A DNA stretch of 21,125 nt from a virus (taxonomy: Duplodnaviria; Heunggongvirae; Uroviricota; Caudoviricetes), in the IMG/VR virus record IMGVR_UViG_2526164601_000021, positions 1-21,125 of that record, one strand, 5' to 3'. Below the pieces are notes generated by a model. That model had not been told where the DNA came from. It was given only the letters and a program-made list of their open reading frames with translations, and searched no databases. Each line of letters begins with the position of its first letter. Within the stretch, counting starts at the first letter, position 1. Of this stretch, positions 8,376 through 15,656 are shown one piece after another. A program made the position numbers and the translations under genes.

Positions 8376-8735
8376 TTACTCGGTAATAGTTTTGCAGTTG
8401 TTTTGATTTAATGACAATCCTAGCTTGCTAGCAGCCAACTCATTTTCTGTGTGAGAACCAGCAAAAATGAAGCCTTGTTTTATCTTATTTACGGTGAAAT
8501 ATTTATTATACATGAACGCCCAGATAAATGAGGCAATCCACGGGCCAATTCCGGCTGTGAGGAATGCCAGTATCAGCATCACTACAAATACCCCAATAAA
8601 AGTTATAAAGTCTTTCCTGAACAAAGCTGGAAAAGCACCAAACAAGAATGTAGTCCAGGAAAAACCATAAAAACCGGTGATTGATTCGCCAGTTTGAGGG
8701 TTTTCAAGTTTAATTTTAGTAGCCACGATTATCAT
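8376..8735 (-). CDS. Small inner-membrane protein (119 aa, two predicted TM helices)
   Basis: ORF track; hydrophobic segments WTTFLFGAFPALF and ITFIGVFVVMLILAFLTAGIGPWIASFIWAFMY; AT-rich; convergent with the secreted-protein gene. Confidence 0.5.
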   Translation of the reverse strand: MIIVATKIKLENPQTGESITGFYGFSWTTFLFGAFPALFRKDFITFIGVFVVMLILAFLTAGIGPWIASFIWAFMYNKYFTVNKIKQGFIFAGSHTENELAASKLGLSLNQNNCKTITE

Positions 8736-8871
8736 CCTTTTACATAAAAAACATATAGTTATAGTGCTGTGTGAGATTCTAATGTTACTAATTTACACTT
8801 TGTAATGCAATTAAATAACTTTAGGCAGTGGAAGTAACTATTCGTGGCAGACTATCGTTAAGACCTTTCAA

Positions 8872-9156
8872 TTATGGTTGCTGTAAGTGGAGGGGAACAG
8901 CCTGTTCTATCATCTCGCGTATCAAGCCAACTTCAAGTAGTTCCTCGGATTCCCAGTATCTGTTTGTCACCAGATCCAGGCTGGCTATGACCTTGTGCCG
9001 GTCATTCGGCATAGCCAATTTTTCTGCTATAACCATCAGTGAAAACTCTTCATCCAGTAGAATTTGATAGCAGTTTTTTGATAGTTCCACTTCCCTTATG
9101 AGACTGAAACGTCGCTGGATTGTGGCAGCAGAGTAAGTGAAATCTATTTTCTTCAT
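8872..9156 (-). CDS. Hypothetical protein (94 aa)
   Basis: ORF track; no motif recognised; downstream of the Rha operon. Confidence 0.45.
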   Translation of the reverse strand: MKKIDFTYSAATIQRRFSLIREVELSKNCYQILLDEEFSLMVIAEKLAMPNDRHKVIASLDLVTNRYWESEELLEVGLIREMIEQAVPLHLQQP

Positions 9157-9215
9157 CGTGCGGAGAATCCGGTTATTTAGTAGTTAAAGCCCCGGACAGG
9201 CCGGGGCAACAGTAA

Positions 9216-9512
9216 TTAACTAACAATCCAGTCCGTAGCAACAACATCCTCTGGAGCTAAATCAATCGCATGGATTTTCCCATCCCGGATGGTGCGCCAG
9301 TGCTTTCGTGATCCACCTTCGGGCCATACCCATACACCTTCAGGCCAGGATGCTCGACGGCATACGATTGCATACCCTGTTTTAATCCTCTCTCTCGCGG
9401 TATGCAACGACAGGTTTGCCTTTGGACTTTCAGGTACAGGATGGTGAATGGCCTGAAACAGCCCCATTTTGGGGTGATACCAGCGTTTATTACGTGGTTC
9501 TGCCTCCGACAT
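9216..9512 (-). CDS. Hypothetical protein (about 98 aa; track ORF 9216..9578, start moved to the ATG giving MSEAEPRNKRW..)
   Basis: ORF track frame; Trp-rich C-terminal region (GYAIVCRRASWPEGVWVWPEGG); start chosen to minimise overlap with the Rha ORF. Confidence 0.4.
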   Translation of the reverse strand: MSEAEPRNKRWYHPKMGLFQAIHHPVPESPKANLSLHTARERIKTGYAIVCRRASWPEGVWVWPEGGSRKHWRTIRDGKIHAIDLAPEDVVATDWIVS

Positions 9513-9519
9513 CACCTGC

Positions 9520-10158
9520 TTAAAGGCTTTCCGGAAGGGGGGCCAGGGCCACAATGGAGCGTCGCGCAAGCAAACCATCTGGAGTTAAAAACTCATGCGT
9601 ATCGGTGGGAATCCGGAAAGCGTTGACCAGGTTGCGACATTTGGCTTCAGTCAGGCCACATTTCGCCGCCAGCTGGCGGTAGCCAATGTAGCCTTCCGGA
9701 ATATTGCCTTTCTTGATTTGCTCGACGGTTTCAGCGACTTCGGACACTTGTGCCGATACTTCGGCTACCTGGGCATTAACGGCGTTGATCCGGCGTTCAT
9801 GCTCAAGATGCATTTGCGCCATTTCAGCCAGGATTTCGGCTTTTGATTTTAACTGTACCCGGGCATTCTCCAGTTCGCGCCAGCGGTCCACCAGCCGGGC
9901 GGTAAATTCGGGAGAAAGCTGTGCGACGACAATGATACTGTCACGCTTGCCTTGTTCGCCTTCAAAGATGTAAGCCTTGGAAAATCGACGAGGGCCAACT
10001 GATTGTTTATTTTCAATTTCCTCAATTTGAGGAAATTGAATGACACCACCTTTAGTTAATACTTCAATGGTACGCTTCACATTATCATGACGCTTACCTA
10101 CCAGTTCCGCGATCTCAATACTGGTCATTGTCGCTTTTTGAGAGATGGACAGATTCAT
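9520..10158 (-). CDS. Phage regulatory protein, Rha family (antirepressor-like)
   Basis: 212 aa; N-terminal TSIEIAELVGKRHDNVKRTIEVLTKGGVIQFPQIEE matches the Rha-domain pattern; coiled-coil middle region; start overlaps the stop of the upstream ORF. Confidence 0.75.
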   Translation of the reverse strand: MNLSISQKATMTSIEIAELVGKRHDNVKRTIEVLTKGGVIQFPQIEEIENKQSVGPRRFSKAYIFEGEQGKRDSIIVVAQLSPEFTARLVDRWRELENARVQLKSKAEILAEMAQMHLEHERRINAVNAQVAEVSAQVSEVAETVEQIKKGNIPEGYIGYRQLAAKCGLTEAKCRNLVNAFRIPTDTHEFLTPDGLLARRSIVALAPLPESL

Positions 10159-10373
10159 CAGTGCACCTCCACGCAGTTCATCGGCAGATTCCAGTAATTG
10201 AGGATCTCCATCGCATCAAGAGTGAAGCGAGCAGCAAAAATGCAGGGTTCTTCGGGAAGGTATGAGCGCGCTTCTGCTTCGGTAGCAGCCATGACGCAGA
10301 TATAGAGGTGTTTTTGGCAGGAATAGAAACGCCAGATAAATTCAGAATGAGTTGGGGTAGGGGTAGTAGCCAT
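10158..10373 (-). CDS. Small protein, possibly Icd-like (host cell division inhibitor family)
   Basis: 71 aa; AATEAEARSYLPEEPCIFAARF resembles the Icd-like pattern from memory; strong RBS (AAGGAGG); translationally coupled to the Rha gene. Confidence 0.4.
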   Translation of the reverse strand: MATTPTPTHSEFIWRFYSCQKHLYICVMAATEAEARSYLPEEPCIFAARFTLDAMEILNYWNLPMNCVEVH

Positions 10374-10380
10374 AATGGCA

Positions 10381-10556
10381 GCCTCCTTTTGCTAATTTAA
10401 GGAGCTACCGCGTGAGGTTCCAATCTCAATGGCGGTAGCACTGACTGGGTTGGAACTACCGGCGCAAAAGGGAACCGGCCTGCCTTTCGGCAGCCCAGCC
10501 AGCACTACCATTGATCTCTGAGCTAAACGCTACGTATGGCTGTGCGATGGCATGAC
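10381..10556 (-). ncRNA. Highly structured, repeat-rich leader upstream of the Icd-like/Rha operon; candidate C4/CI-type antisense-RNA immunity region
   Basis: Multiple mutually complementary boxes on the transcribed strand (CGGTAG x2 vs CTACCG; GTTCCAA vs TTGGAAC; CTGCC-tttc-GGCAG hairpin), allowing alternative pairings. Confidence 0.3.
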
Positions 10557-10558
10557 AC

Positions 10559-10581
10559 AAAAAAAGACGCTTTCGGCGTCT
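10559..10581 (-). terminator. Rho-independent terminator (minus strand) ending the upstream leftward transcript
   Basis: Stem AGACGC / GCGTCT with 5 nt loop followed on the minus strand by T7. Confidence 0.6.
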
Positions 10582-10685
10582 GTGTCGCCTTTTGCATTAT
10601 CCGGGGTTCCAATCCCGGCACCCGTTTTTCTAAGGTGCCGTAGAAATATACCCCACGATAATGCCAGGGCGCAACAGTCAGTATT

Positions 10686-10937
10686 TTATGCTTTGGCGGA
10701 TTTCTTCCGGGCTTGCTTGCAGGCGTAGGCCATTGCTTTAGCTTTCACTTCATCCAGCTTCCCGGTGATCACTTCTTTTCCGAGAGTGACAAACCAGTCA
10801 TAGCAACGCCAGTAATGTCTTGATTTGAAAGTTGAGGTAGCGAACCGTCATTTTGACACCCCCAGCGCGAGTAAAGAATGCAGATTATCGCGTGAGTGGT
10901 GGACGAAGAGTGATGGTAAAAGACTGTAGTTGTTCAT
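10686..10937 (-). CDS. Small ORF (about 83 codons) interrupted by an in-frame TGA near 10848-10850; possible pseudogene or read-through
   Basis: Manual translation from the ATG with AAGGAG RBS: MNNYSLLPSLFVHHSRDNLHSLLALGVSK-TGA-RFATSTFKSRHYWRCYDWFVTLGKEVITGKLDEVKAKAMAYACKQARKKSAKA; absent from the ORF track, consistent with an internal stop. Confidence 0.3.
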
Positions 10938-11182
10938 AGTGTAGTGACTCCTTGCTTTCGGAGCCGCCATCGACTGTTCCACGGTCTGGTGGCGGCGCAA
11001 TAAAGGCTGGAACACCGTGAGTCAACGGGGGCTTTTCAGCCACCTATATTGCACCGCCATAGGTATGGCGGCGGCAATAATACGAAAAACTAAACAGTTT
11101 GTCTCAAAAAGTTGACCGGTGTACCAATCGGTAGTGAATGTACATCGGGGAAATTCACAATTCAACTTAAAATGTTAGAAAA

Positions 11183-11761
11183 CTAATTTATCAATTCAAT
11201 CGCCATCTGATACAACGCCATTTCATCGGCATTGTGCCGTATGAAATCTGCTTTTCCGCCTATTTTTCCATCAGCATGAACAGGGACCAGCCAGGGATAT
11301 TGTTCTCGGACCTCGGCTGGCGCTGCGTACTGGTGGTGCCATTTACACAAAGGGAGGACATATTTATGTGCGTTCTCTGCCGTTCTCCCGAAGATATGGT
11401 GCAGGGATACCACTGGGCTATGTTTCCCGTGAATATGGCAGGCAATGCAGGGGAGAGTACCGATAGCGGTCTGTATCCGGCGTTCATCGGCTGTGAGTGA
11501 TCTGCCCTTCAGGCCGCGTGACGTGCGTGTTTTTTTGGACGGAGCGGATACAGCTTTCTCTTTTCTCCGCTGGTCATATTGCTTTGCTTTTTCAATTTTT
11601 TTTTGCCGATATTCAGGCGATGCGGCTTTTTCTCTCGCTCGCTGCTGCTGGCGTTGAGCTTGTTGAAGGCGCTTTGCCCTTTGTTCCTCTCGCCAGGCCG
11701 GGTCAGCCAATTTTTGCATGGCTTTTTGTCTCTGTTTCTCCCAATAGCTCTGTTTCTGCAT
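11183..11761 (-). CDS. HNH-type nuclease, Ref-like (recombination enhancement function family): basic low-complexity N-terminus plus C-terminal Cys/His motif
   Basis: 192 aa; N-terminal K/R/Q-rich region; C-terminal CIACHIHGKHSPVVSLHHIFGRTAENAHKYVLPLCKWHH resembles an HNH zinc-binding core. Confidence 0.55.
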   Translation of the reverse strand: MQKQSYWEKQRQKAMQKLADPAWREEQRAKRLQQAQRQQQRAREKAASPEYRQKKIEKAKQYDQRRKEKAVSAPSKKTRTSRGLKGRSLTADERRIQTAIGTLPCIACHIHGKHSPVVSLHHIFGRTAENAHKYVLPLCKWHHQYAAPAEVREQYPWLVPVHADGKIGGKADFIRHNADEMALYQMAIELIN

Positions 11762-11810
11762 GATGGCAGCCTCTTACTTTTCAGCGATTTTTCTATGATT
11801 GATCAAAATG

Positions 11811-11838
11811 GTTAGATATTCAAAATTGATTTTCTAAC
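11811..11838. promoter_or_regulatory. Inverted repeat GTTAGA-N16-TCTAAC in the promoter region of the rightward operon; candidate operator
   Basis: Perfect 6 bp inverted repeat about 40 nt upstream of the first rightward ORF; a near-identical element occurs at 16373..16400. Confidence 0.4.
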
Positions 11839-11878
11839 ACAAAACATTAATATCATTCCTGATAACTGTTTGGAGGAC

Positions 11879-12034
11879 ATGATGCTTATAGCTTTAAGTG
11901 CGATCCACCAGCCATCTGTGAATGAGATTGGCCTGTTCTATGTGTTGTTTTTCGGGGCGTTGGCGCTACTTGAACTTGGTATTGAGCTTTTCGCAGTGCT
12001 TATGTTTTGCGTCACGATTTTGGGGAAATTTTGA
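11879..12034 (+). CDS. Small hydrophobic ORF (about 50 aa) at the head of the rightward operon
   Basis: GGAGG 5 nt upstream of the ATG; MMLIALSAIHQPSVNEIGLFYVLFFGALALLELGIELFAVLMFCVTILGKF; stop overlaps the start of the next gene (TGATG). Confidence 0.35.
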   Translation: MMLIALSAIHQPSVNEIGLFYVLFFGALALLELGIELFAVLMFCVTILGKF

Positions 12035-12393
12035 TGGTGAAACGTGTTTTGAAAATTTACATCGCGGGGCCGATGACTGGTTATCCAGATTACAACCGTG
12101 CGGCGTTTAATGCGAAAGCGATCGAGCTGATGGCTGAAGGGCATATCGTTCTGAATCCAGCGGTGTTACCTGGTGGCCTTTGCCAGAGTGAATACATGGA
12201 TATTTGCCTGGCAATGGTGCGTTCTGCTGATGCGATCTATTTGCTCAATCGATGGGAAGAATCGGTTGGTGCTCGTGCAGAGCACGCGCTGGCTGAAAAG
12301 CTGGGGCTGACTGTAATTTATGAGTCACCAACCAACATTGAATGCCAGGTTGCTCCACATATTTTACCGGGAACTGGTCAATGCACTGCGTGA
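12034..12393 (+). CDS. DUF4406 family protein (nucleoside 2-deoxyribosyltransferase-like fold)
   Basis: Track ORF 12007..12393 trimmed to the ATG; KIYIAGPMTGYPDYNRAAFNAKAIELMAEGHIVLNP..WEESVGARAEHALAEKLGL matches the DUF4406 pattern. Confidence 0.75.
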   Translation: MVKRVLKIYIAGPMTGYPDYNRAAFNAKAIELMAEGHIVLNPAVLPGGLCQSEYMDICLAMVRSADAIYLLNRWEESVGARAEHALAEKLGLTVIYESPTNIECQVAPHILPGTGQCTA

Positions 12394-12647
12394 CTATCGC
12401 TGCTGTATATCACGGCACAGAACAGCTTCGTGAGCGTTTAGCCCATACCATTTCCTATTACCTTTCTTTATCTCATGAGCACAAGCTCCGCCAGAAGGTA
12501 ATGATCAAATTTATCATGAGGTTATCGAAATCCCTGGCAAACGCCGATCCAAAGAATCCATTACCGAAAGAGGCAATGAATTACCTGAAGTCCTGCAACG
12601 TTGTTTCTGAAGATGGCGTTCTTTTGGTTAGAAGGAGTTCTGCGTGA
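12381..12647 (+). CDS. Hypothetical protein (about 88 aa)
   Basis: Track ORF 12342..12647; likely start ATG 12381 or GTG 12390 overlapping the preceding stop (GTGA). Confidence 0.4.
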   Translation: MHCVTIAAVYHGTEQLRERLAHTISYYLSLSHEHKLRQKVMIKFIMRLSKSLANADPKNPLPKEAMNYLKSCNVVSEDGVLLVRRSSA

Positions 12648-12961
12648 GCTGGCGGGGATGGGGAAGGGCAGAAATCATGATACTCCGCCAGTGCGCCGGA
12701 ACTATGACGGTCGAGAGTATTGGGAAGCTGATCGGTCGTACCGGTGATGCCGTCAGGACTAAAGCGCGGGAGTTGGGGATCAGCATGATTCTGAAAGGAG
12801 ACTTTCATCCGTCAGACAAATACCGGCAGAGCGATATAGAACTGGCACGGCAGCTTCATCAGTGTGGTGTTCCCCGCCGTGAGATCGCGGAAAAACTCGA
12901 AATGCCCCTGGGCATGATTAATCAGTACGTTTATTTCGAAAGGAGAGTGTATGAAGTCTGA
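12644..12961 (+). CDS. Small DNA-binding protein with two HTH-like segments
   Basis: ORF track (GTG start overlapping the previous stop); segments SIGKLIGRTGDAVRTKARELGIS and DIELARQLHQCGVPRREIAEKLEMPLGMINQYV look like sigma-70 region-4 / LuxR-type HTH. Confidence 0.5.
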   Translation: MSWRGWGRAEIMILRQCAGTMTVESIGKLIGRTGDAVRTKARELGISMILKGDFHPSDKYRQSDIELARQLHQCGVPRREIAEKLEMPLGMINQYVYFERRVYEV

Positions 12962-13135
12962 AGGTTTAACGACCCGCACAACTGGCAGAGCGTAACGCTG
13001 AGTATGTACGGAAATTTCCCGACTTGAGAAAGCGTGTGCTGCGCTAGCGGCGGAGAATGCTGGGCTGAAACATGCAATGGCTGTAACTCTGAGCATGTGT
13101 CGGTCACGGATGCAGGGCAGGCCGGAGTTGCCGCA

Positions 13136-13438
13136 ATGATTATCAACGATGCCCTGCACCACAGCGAAACTCCAGCCACCGATGCTTTTCTGGCTGAAAT
13201 TCGTGCGGCGGCTCGCAACAGGGGGATTAACTATACCGCAAGCCGTCTTGCTGCTGCGTTCAATCACGGATTTATCAATAAGTCTTTGCGTGAAGTTTTC
13301 GACGTTACACGCATGATTTTGTCAGCGAAAGAAGAGTTGGCTAATGAAGCGCATCCGATTGATGGCCTGTCTGGTGAATATGCGGAGAAATCCCTTGAAG
13401 AATGGGCGGAACAGATTCGCAAAGGAGCTGGCAAGTGA
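13136..13438 (+). CDS. Hypothetical protein, paralog A of the 14236..14607 product (shared TPATDAFLAE core)
   Basis: Track ORF 13034..13438 trimmed to ATG 13136, whose start overlaps the stop of a short upstream frame; clear similarity to the downstream paralog. Confidence 0.45.
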   Translation: MIINDALHHSETPATDAFLAEIRAAARNRGINYTASRLAAAFNHGFINKSLREVFDVTRMILSAKEELANEAHPIDGLSGEYAEKSLEEWAEQIRKGAGK

Positions 13439-13845
13439 AGAGGATGATTTTTGTGGCGGCATTGCTGACCATTACCCAACAGGCGCAGGCTTCAGCAGTT
13501 ATTGTGGCATCTACCGCCGCGACCACGGCTGCTGTAGCTGCTGCGAACTCTGCGAATATCGCAAACCAACAGTCACAGCGTGCTGCCAATGCATCAGCCA
13601 GTGTTCACCCAATCGCCATTAAGACCGGCAAGAAAAATATAGGTTTCATAACATGCGGCAAACGTTCTGACGAGGCTGTAGATTCACTTGGATGTACGGT
13701 ATATGGGGATAGTGAGAGTAGAGAAATTCCATGGAAAACGTGGCCCGGATATGTTCTCGGCTCGAAGCTCCCTGCCAGCTATGAAGTAAACGCCGTATCG
13801 TTTGATCACTATAACGGCGTGGCAACGGTCTATTTTGCATATTGA
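13435..13845 (+). CDS. Putative secreted protein with N-terminal signal peptide and Ala/Thr-rich linker
   Basis: Track ORF 13402..13845; likely start GTG 13435 or ATG 13444; MIFVAALLTITQQAQA signal-like sequence. Confidence 0.45.
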   Translation: MKRMIFVAALLTITQQAQASAVIVASTAATTAAVAAANSANIANQQSQRAANASASVHPIAIKTGKKNIGFITCGKRSDEAVDSLGCTVYGDSESREIPWKTWPGYVLGSKLPASYEVNAVSFDHYNGVATVYFAY

Positions 13846-13853
13846 GGCTCCGC

Positions 13854-14252
13854 ATGAAATTCTCCAAATTTTCTGAGTTGGTGAATCGTATTTTGTCCAA
13901 CAACCACAGCCATCGTCGCGATATGGATGTAACGATCGTTGTTCATTCGCCTGGCAGCATTGGTTCAACACCCTCAGTTGAGGTTCAGTCAATTCACGCT
14001 GGTTTTGATTGGGATTCCGGGAAAGTGCTGATTTTCCCAGCACAGCCACTGACTACGCTAACACCAGAACAGATTACTGATATTACTGATAGTGTGCGCA
14101 AAGGTCAGTCCTGGCACGCATATCAGGAATACAAGAAGCATAAAGAGCAGTTGGAAAAATTATCGATTGAACTTGATACCGCAAAACAGCGCATTGCAGA
14201 GCTGGAGGGTAATCGCGCGGCGCTGGCGGCGGAGAATGCGGGGACTGAATAA
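13854..14252 (+). CDS. Ea22-like coiled-coil protein (possible)
   Basis: Track ORF 13842..14252 trimmed to ATG 13854 (GAGG upstream); C-terminal LEKLSIELDTAKQRIAELEGNRAALAAENAG coiled coil resembling the 19015..19581 product. Confidence 0.4.
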   Translation: MKFSKFSELVNRILSNNHSHRRDMDVTIVVHSPGSIGSTPSVEVQSIHAGFDWDSGKVLIFPAQPLTTLTPEQITDITDSVRKGQSWHAYQEYKKHKEQLEKLSIELDTAKQRIAELEGNRAALAAENAGTE

Positions 14253-14607
14253 ATTCATCGCACAGAGTTGCTACGTGTTTGATGGCGAGCAGGATGAAAT
14301 ATCTGATGCGTATATCTGCGCAACAGATGGAGGGATGCCGCAAACACCAGCCACCGATGCTTTCCTGGCTGAAGTGAAGACTGAAGCACGCAAGGAGGGC
14401 GCTTACTTTGTGGCGAACAGAATGCTGGCTGCCTGGGAAGCTGGTTTTATTGATGATACTGCGAAGAACGCCGCGGATATTGCCCGGATGATTCTTACCT
14501 CTACTGAGTTTATGGCTAATGCGCCGGAAGGCGATTTTGACCGCTCATTCTCTGATGGCGTTCTCGAAGATATCGCCGCCCAGCTTGGAAAAGGAGGCAA
14601 ACAGTGA
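14236..14607 (+). CDS. Hypothetical protein, paralog B of the 13136..13438 product
   Basis: Internal ATG of track ORF 14092..14607, overlapping the preceding stop by 17 nt; PQTPATDAFLAEVKTEARKEG..ARMILTSTEF parallels paralog A. Confidence 0.45.
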   Translation: MRGLNKFIAQSCYVFDGEQDEISDAYICATDGGMPQTPATDAFLAEVKTEARKEGAYFVANRMLAAWEAGFIDDTAKNAADIARMILTSTEFMANAPEGDFDRSFSDGVLEDIAAQLGKGGKQ

Positions 14608-14852
14608 GTAATTCCGCACGACTACAGCTTGGTTTTTCACCGCTATCAAAAACCATCGTGTTGGCAAAAATGCGTGACTTAGGGGATGGAACAAAACGTC
14701 GTGTCGGCAATGATCGCGGTCGTGATGTAACCAACGAGGCCGCACAACTCGTTTGGCATCTAGTCATGGCTGAAGGCGGTGAAATTAATTGGGAGCTGGA
14801 TGATGGTTCTCGCATGGTATTGAAGGCAGAAAAGCAGGAGCCACCACAGTGA
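14604..14852 (+). CDS. Hypothetical protein (82 aa)
   Basis: ORF track; GTG start overlapping the previous stop (GTGA). Confidence 0.4.
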   Translation: MSNSARLQLGFSPLSKTIVLAKMRDLGDGTKRRVGNDRGRDVTNEAAQLVWHLVMAEGGEINWELDDGSRMVLKAEKQEPPQ

Positions 14853-15011
14853 ATATCGACACCACGATAACAATCGATACGGCCCTAAATACCGGTCTGG
14901 CACTTTTCGGTTGGCTTTACATCATGTCCCGTACCTGGCGATGGCTGGGTTCCATTTTTCCTAAAAAGAGTGGAAAAAACGGCGCAAACAGGAACTACGC
15001 CAGAAGGCATT
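14849..15011 (+). CDS. Possible small membrane ORF (about 52 aa, GTG start); adjacent frame stays open into the next gene across an A-run
   Basis: Manual translation: MNIDTTITIDTALNTGLALFGWLYIMSRTWRWLGSIFPKK..; GTGA overlap with the previous stop; below the ORF-track size cut-off. Confidence 0.25.
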
Positions 15012-15123
15012 AGAAGCGTTCTATGACGCATTTGAGCTTAGCCGCATTGAACCAGGCACAACAGCCAGAATAGCGACAAAAGGCGAACCTGATGATAGTG
15101 ATGTTCAGACAGGAGAAAACCAA

Positions 15124-15348
15124 ATGACAGAACAGACGATGACAAATCGCGAACTTGTTGATGCCGCGATTGAACTTGCTGGCGATTTTTATTCCATGAT
15201 GGGTTACGAGCATCGACCTGGTTTTAAGTATTGGGAGTCACCGCATCCGCAAGAACAACAGGTGTTTGAAATGGCCTGCCGTGCTTTTGAGGTTATTCGC
15301 GGTTCTGATGTGATGGAGGCCGTTGCCGACTTGGAGGATGAAGAGTGA
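15124..15348 (+). CDS. Hypothetical acidic protein (74 aa)
   Basis: ORF track; AGGAG RBS about 9 nt upstream. Confidence 0.45.
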   Translation: MTEQTMTNRELVDAAIELAGDFYSMMGYEHRPGFKYWESPHPQEQQVFEMACRAFEVIRGSDVMEAVADLEDEE

Positions 15349-15656
15349 GCATCATTAAAGAAATGCCGGTAGAACGTGATGAATATGGCTGCTGGACACA
15401 TCCGGAGTATGAGAAGTTTTGCGCAGGTCGTGAATATATTTCCACTGAGGAATTTGACGCCTGGATGAAGGAAAATAATCTTCAGTGGACTATTCGCAGT
15501 ATGGATGAAGATGATTTTGATCTGGACGCAGCTGGTCCCGATATTGCCGCCTGGGAACCGGAGCGACCAGAGGGTGAAGGCTGGTTTGTTGGCTCTATTC
15601 ATGACACTGAAGATGGTCCGGTTTGTATCTGGCTGCGTGAGAAGGTTGCCGCATGA
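15345..15656 (+). CDS. Hypothetical protein (103 aa)
   Basis: ORF track; start overlaps the previous stop, and its stop overlaps the next start. Confidence 0.45.
   Translation: MSIIKEMPVERDEYGCWTHPEYEKFCAGREYISTEEFDAWMKENNLQWTIRSMDEDDFDLDAAGPDIAAWEPERPEGEGWFVGSIHDTEDGPVCIWLREKVAA

Noticed and set aside
9595-10049. Track ORFs 9595..9846 (+), 9704..9973 (+), 9849..10049 (-)
   Set aside because: All lie within or antisense to the well-supported Rha-family gene (9520..10158).
10590-10630. tRNA-like T-arm (CCGGG-GTTCCAAT-CCCGG) suggesting a tRNA gene or tRNA-derived att site
   Set aside because: No matching acceptor stem, D-arm or anticodon arm could be built around it; the loop departs from the tRNA T-loop consensus. 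More likely part of tandem 3' hairpins next to the terminator at 10559..10581.
11234-11815. Several short track ORFs on both strands within 11234..11815
   Set aside because: They overlap the Ref-like HNH gene (11183..11761), which has the recognisable motif; low-complexity repeats create spurious open frames.
12951-13139. Short frame starting MKSEGLTTRTTGRA upstream of paralog A as an intact gene
   Set aside because: Contains two in-frame stops; reads as a remnant of the 3' end of an Ea22-like gene, homologous to the end of 13854..14252, rather than a functional gene.
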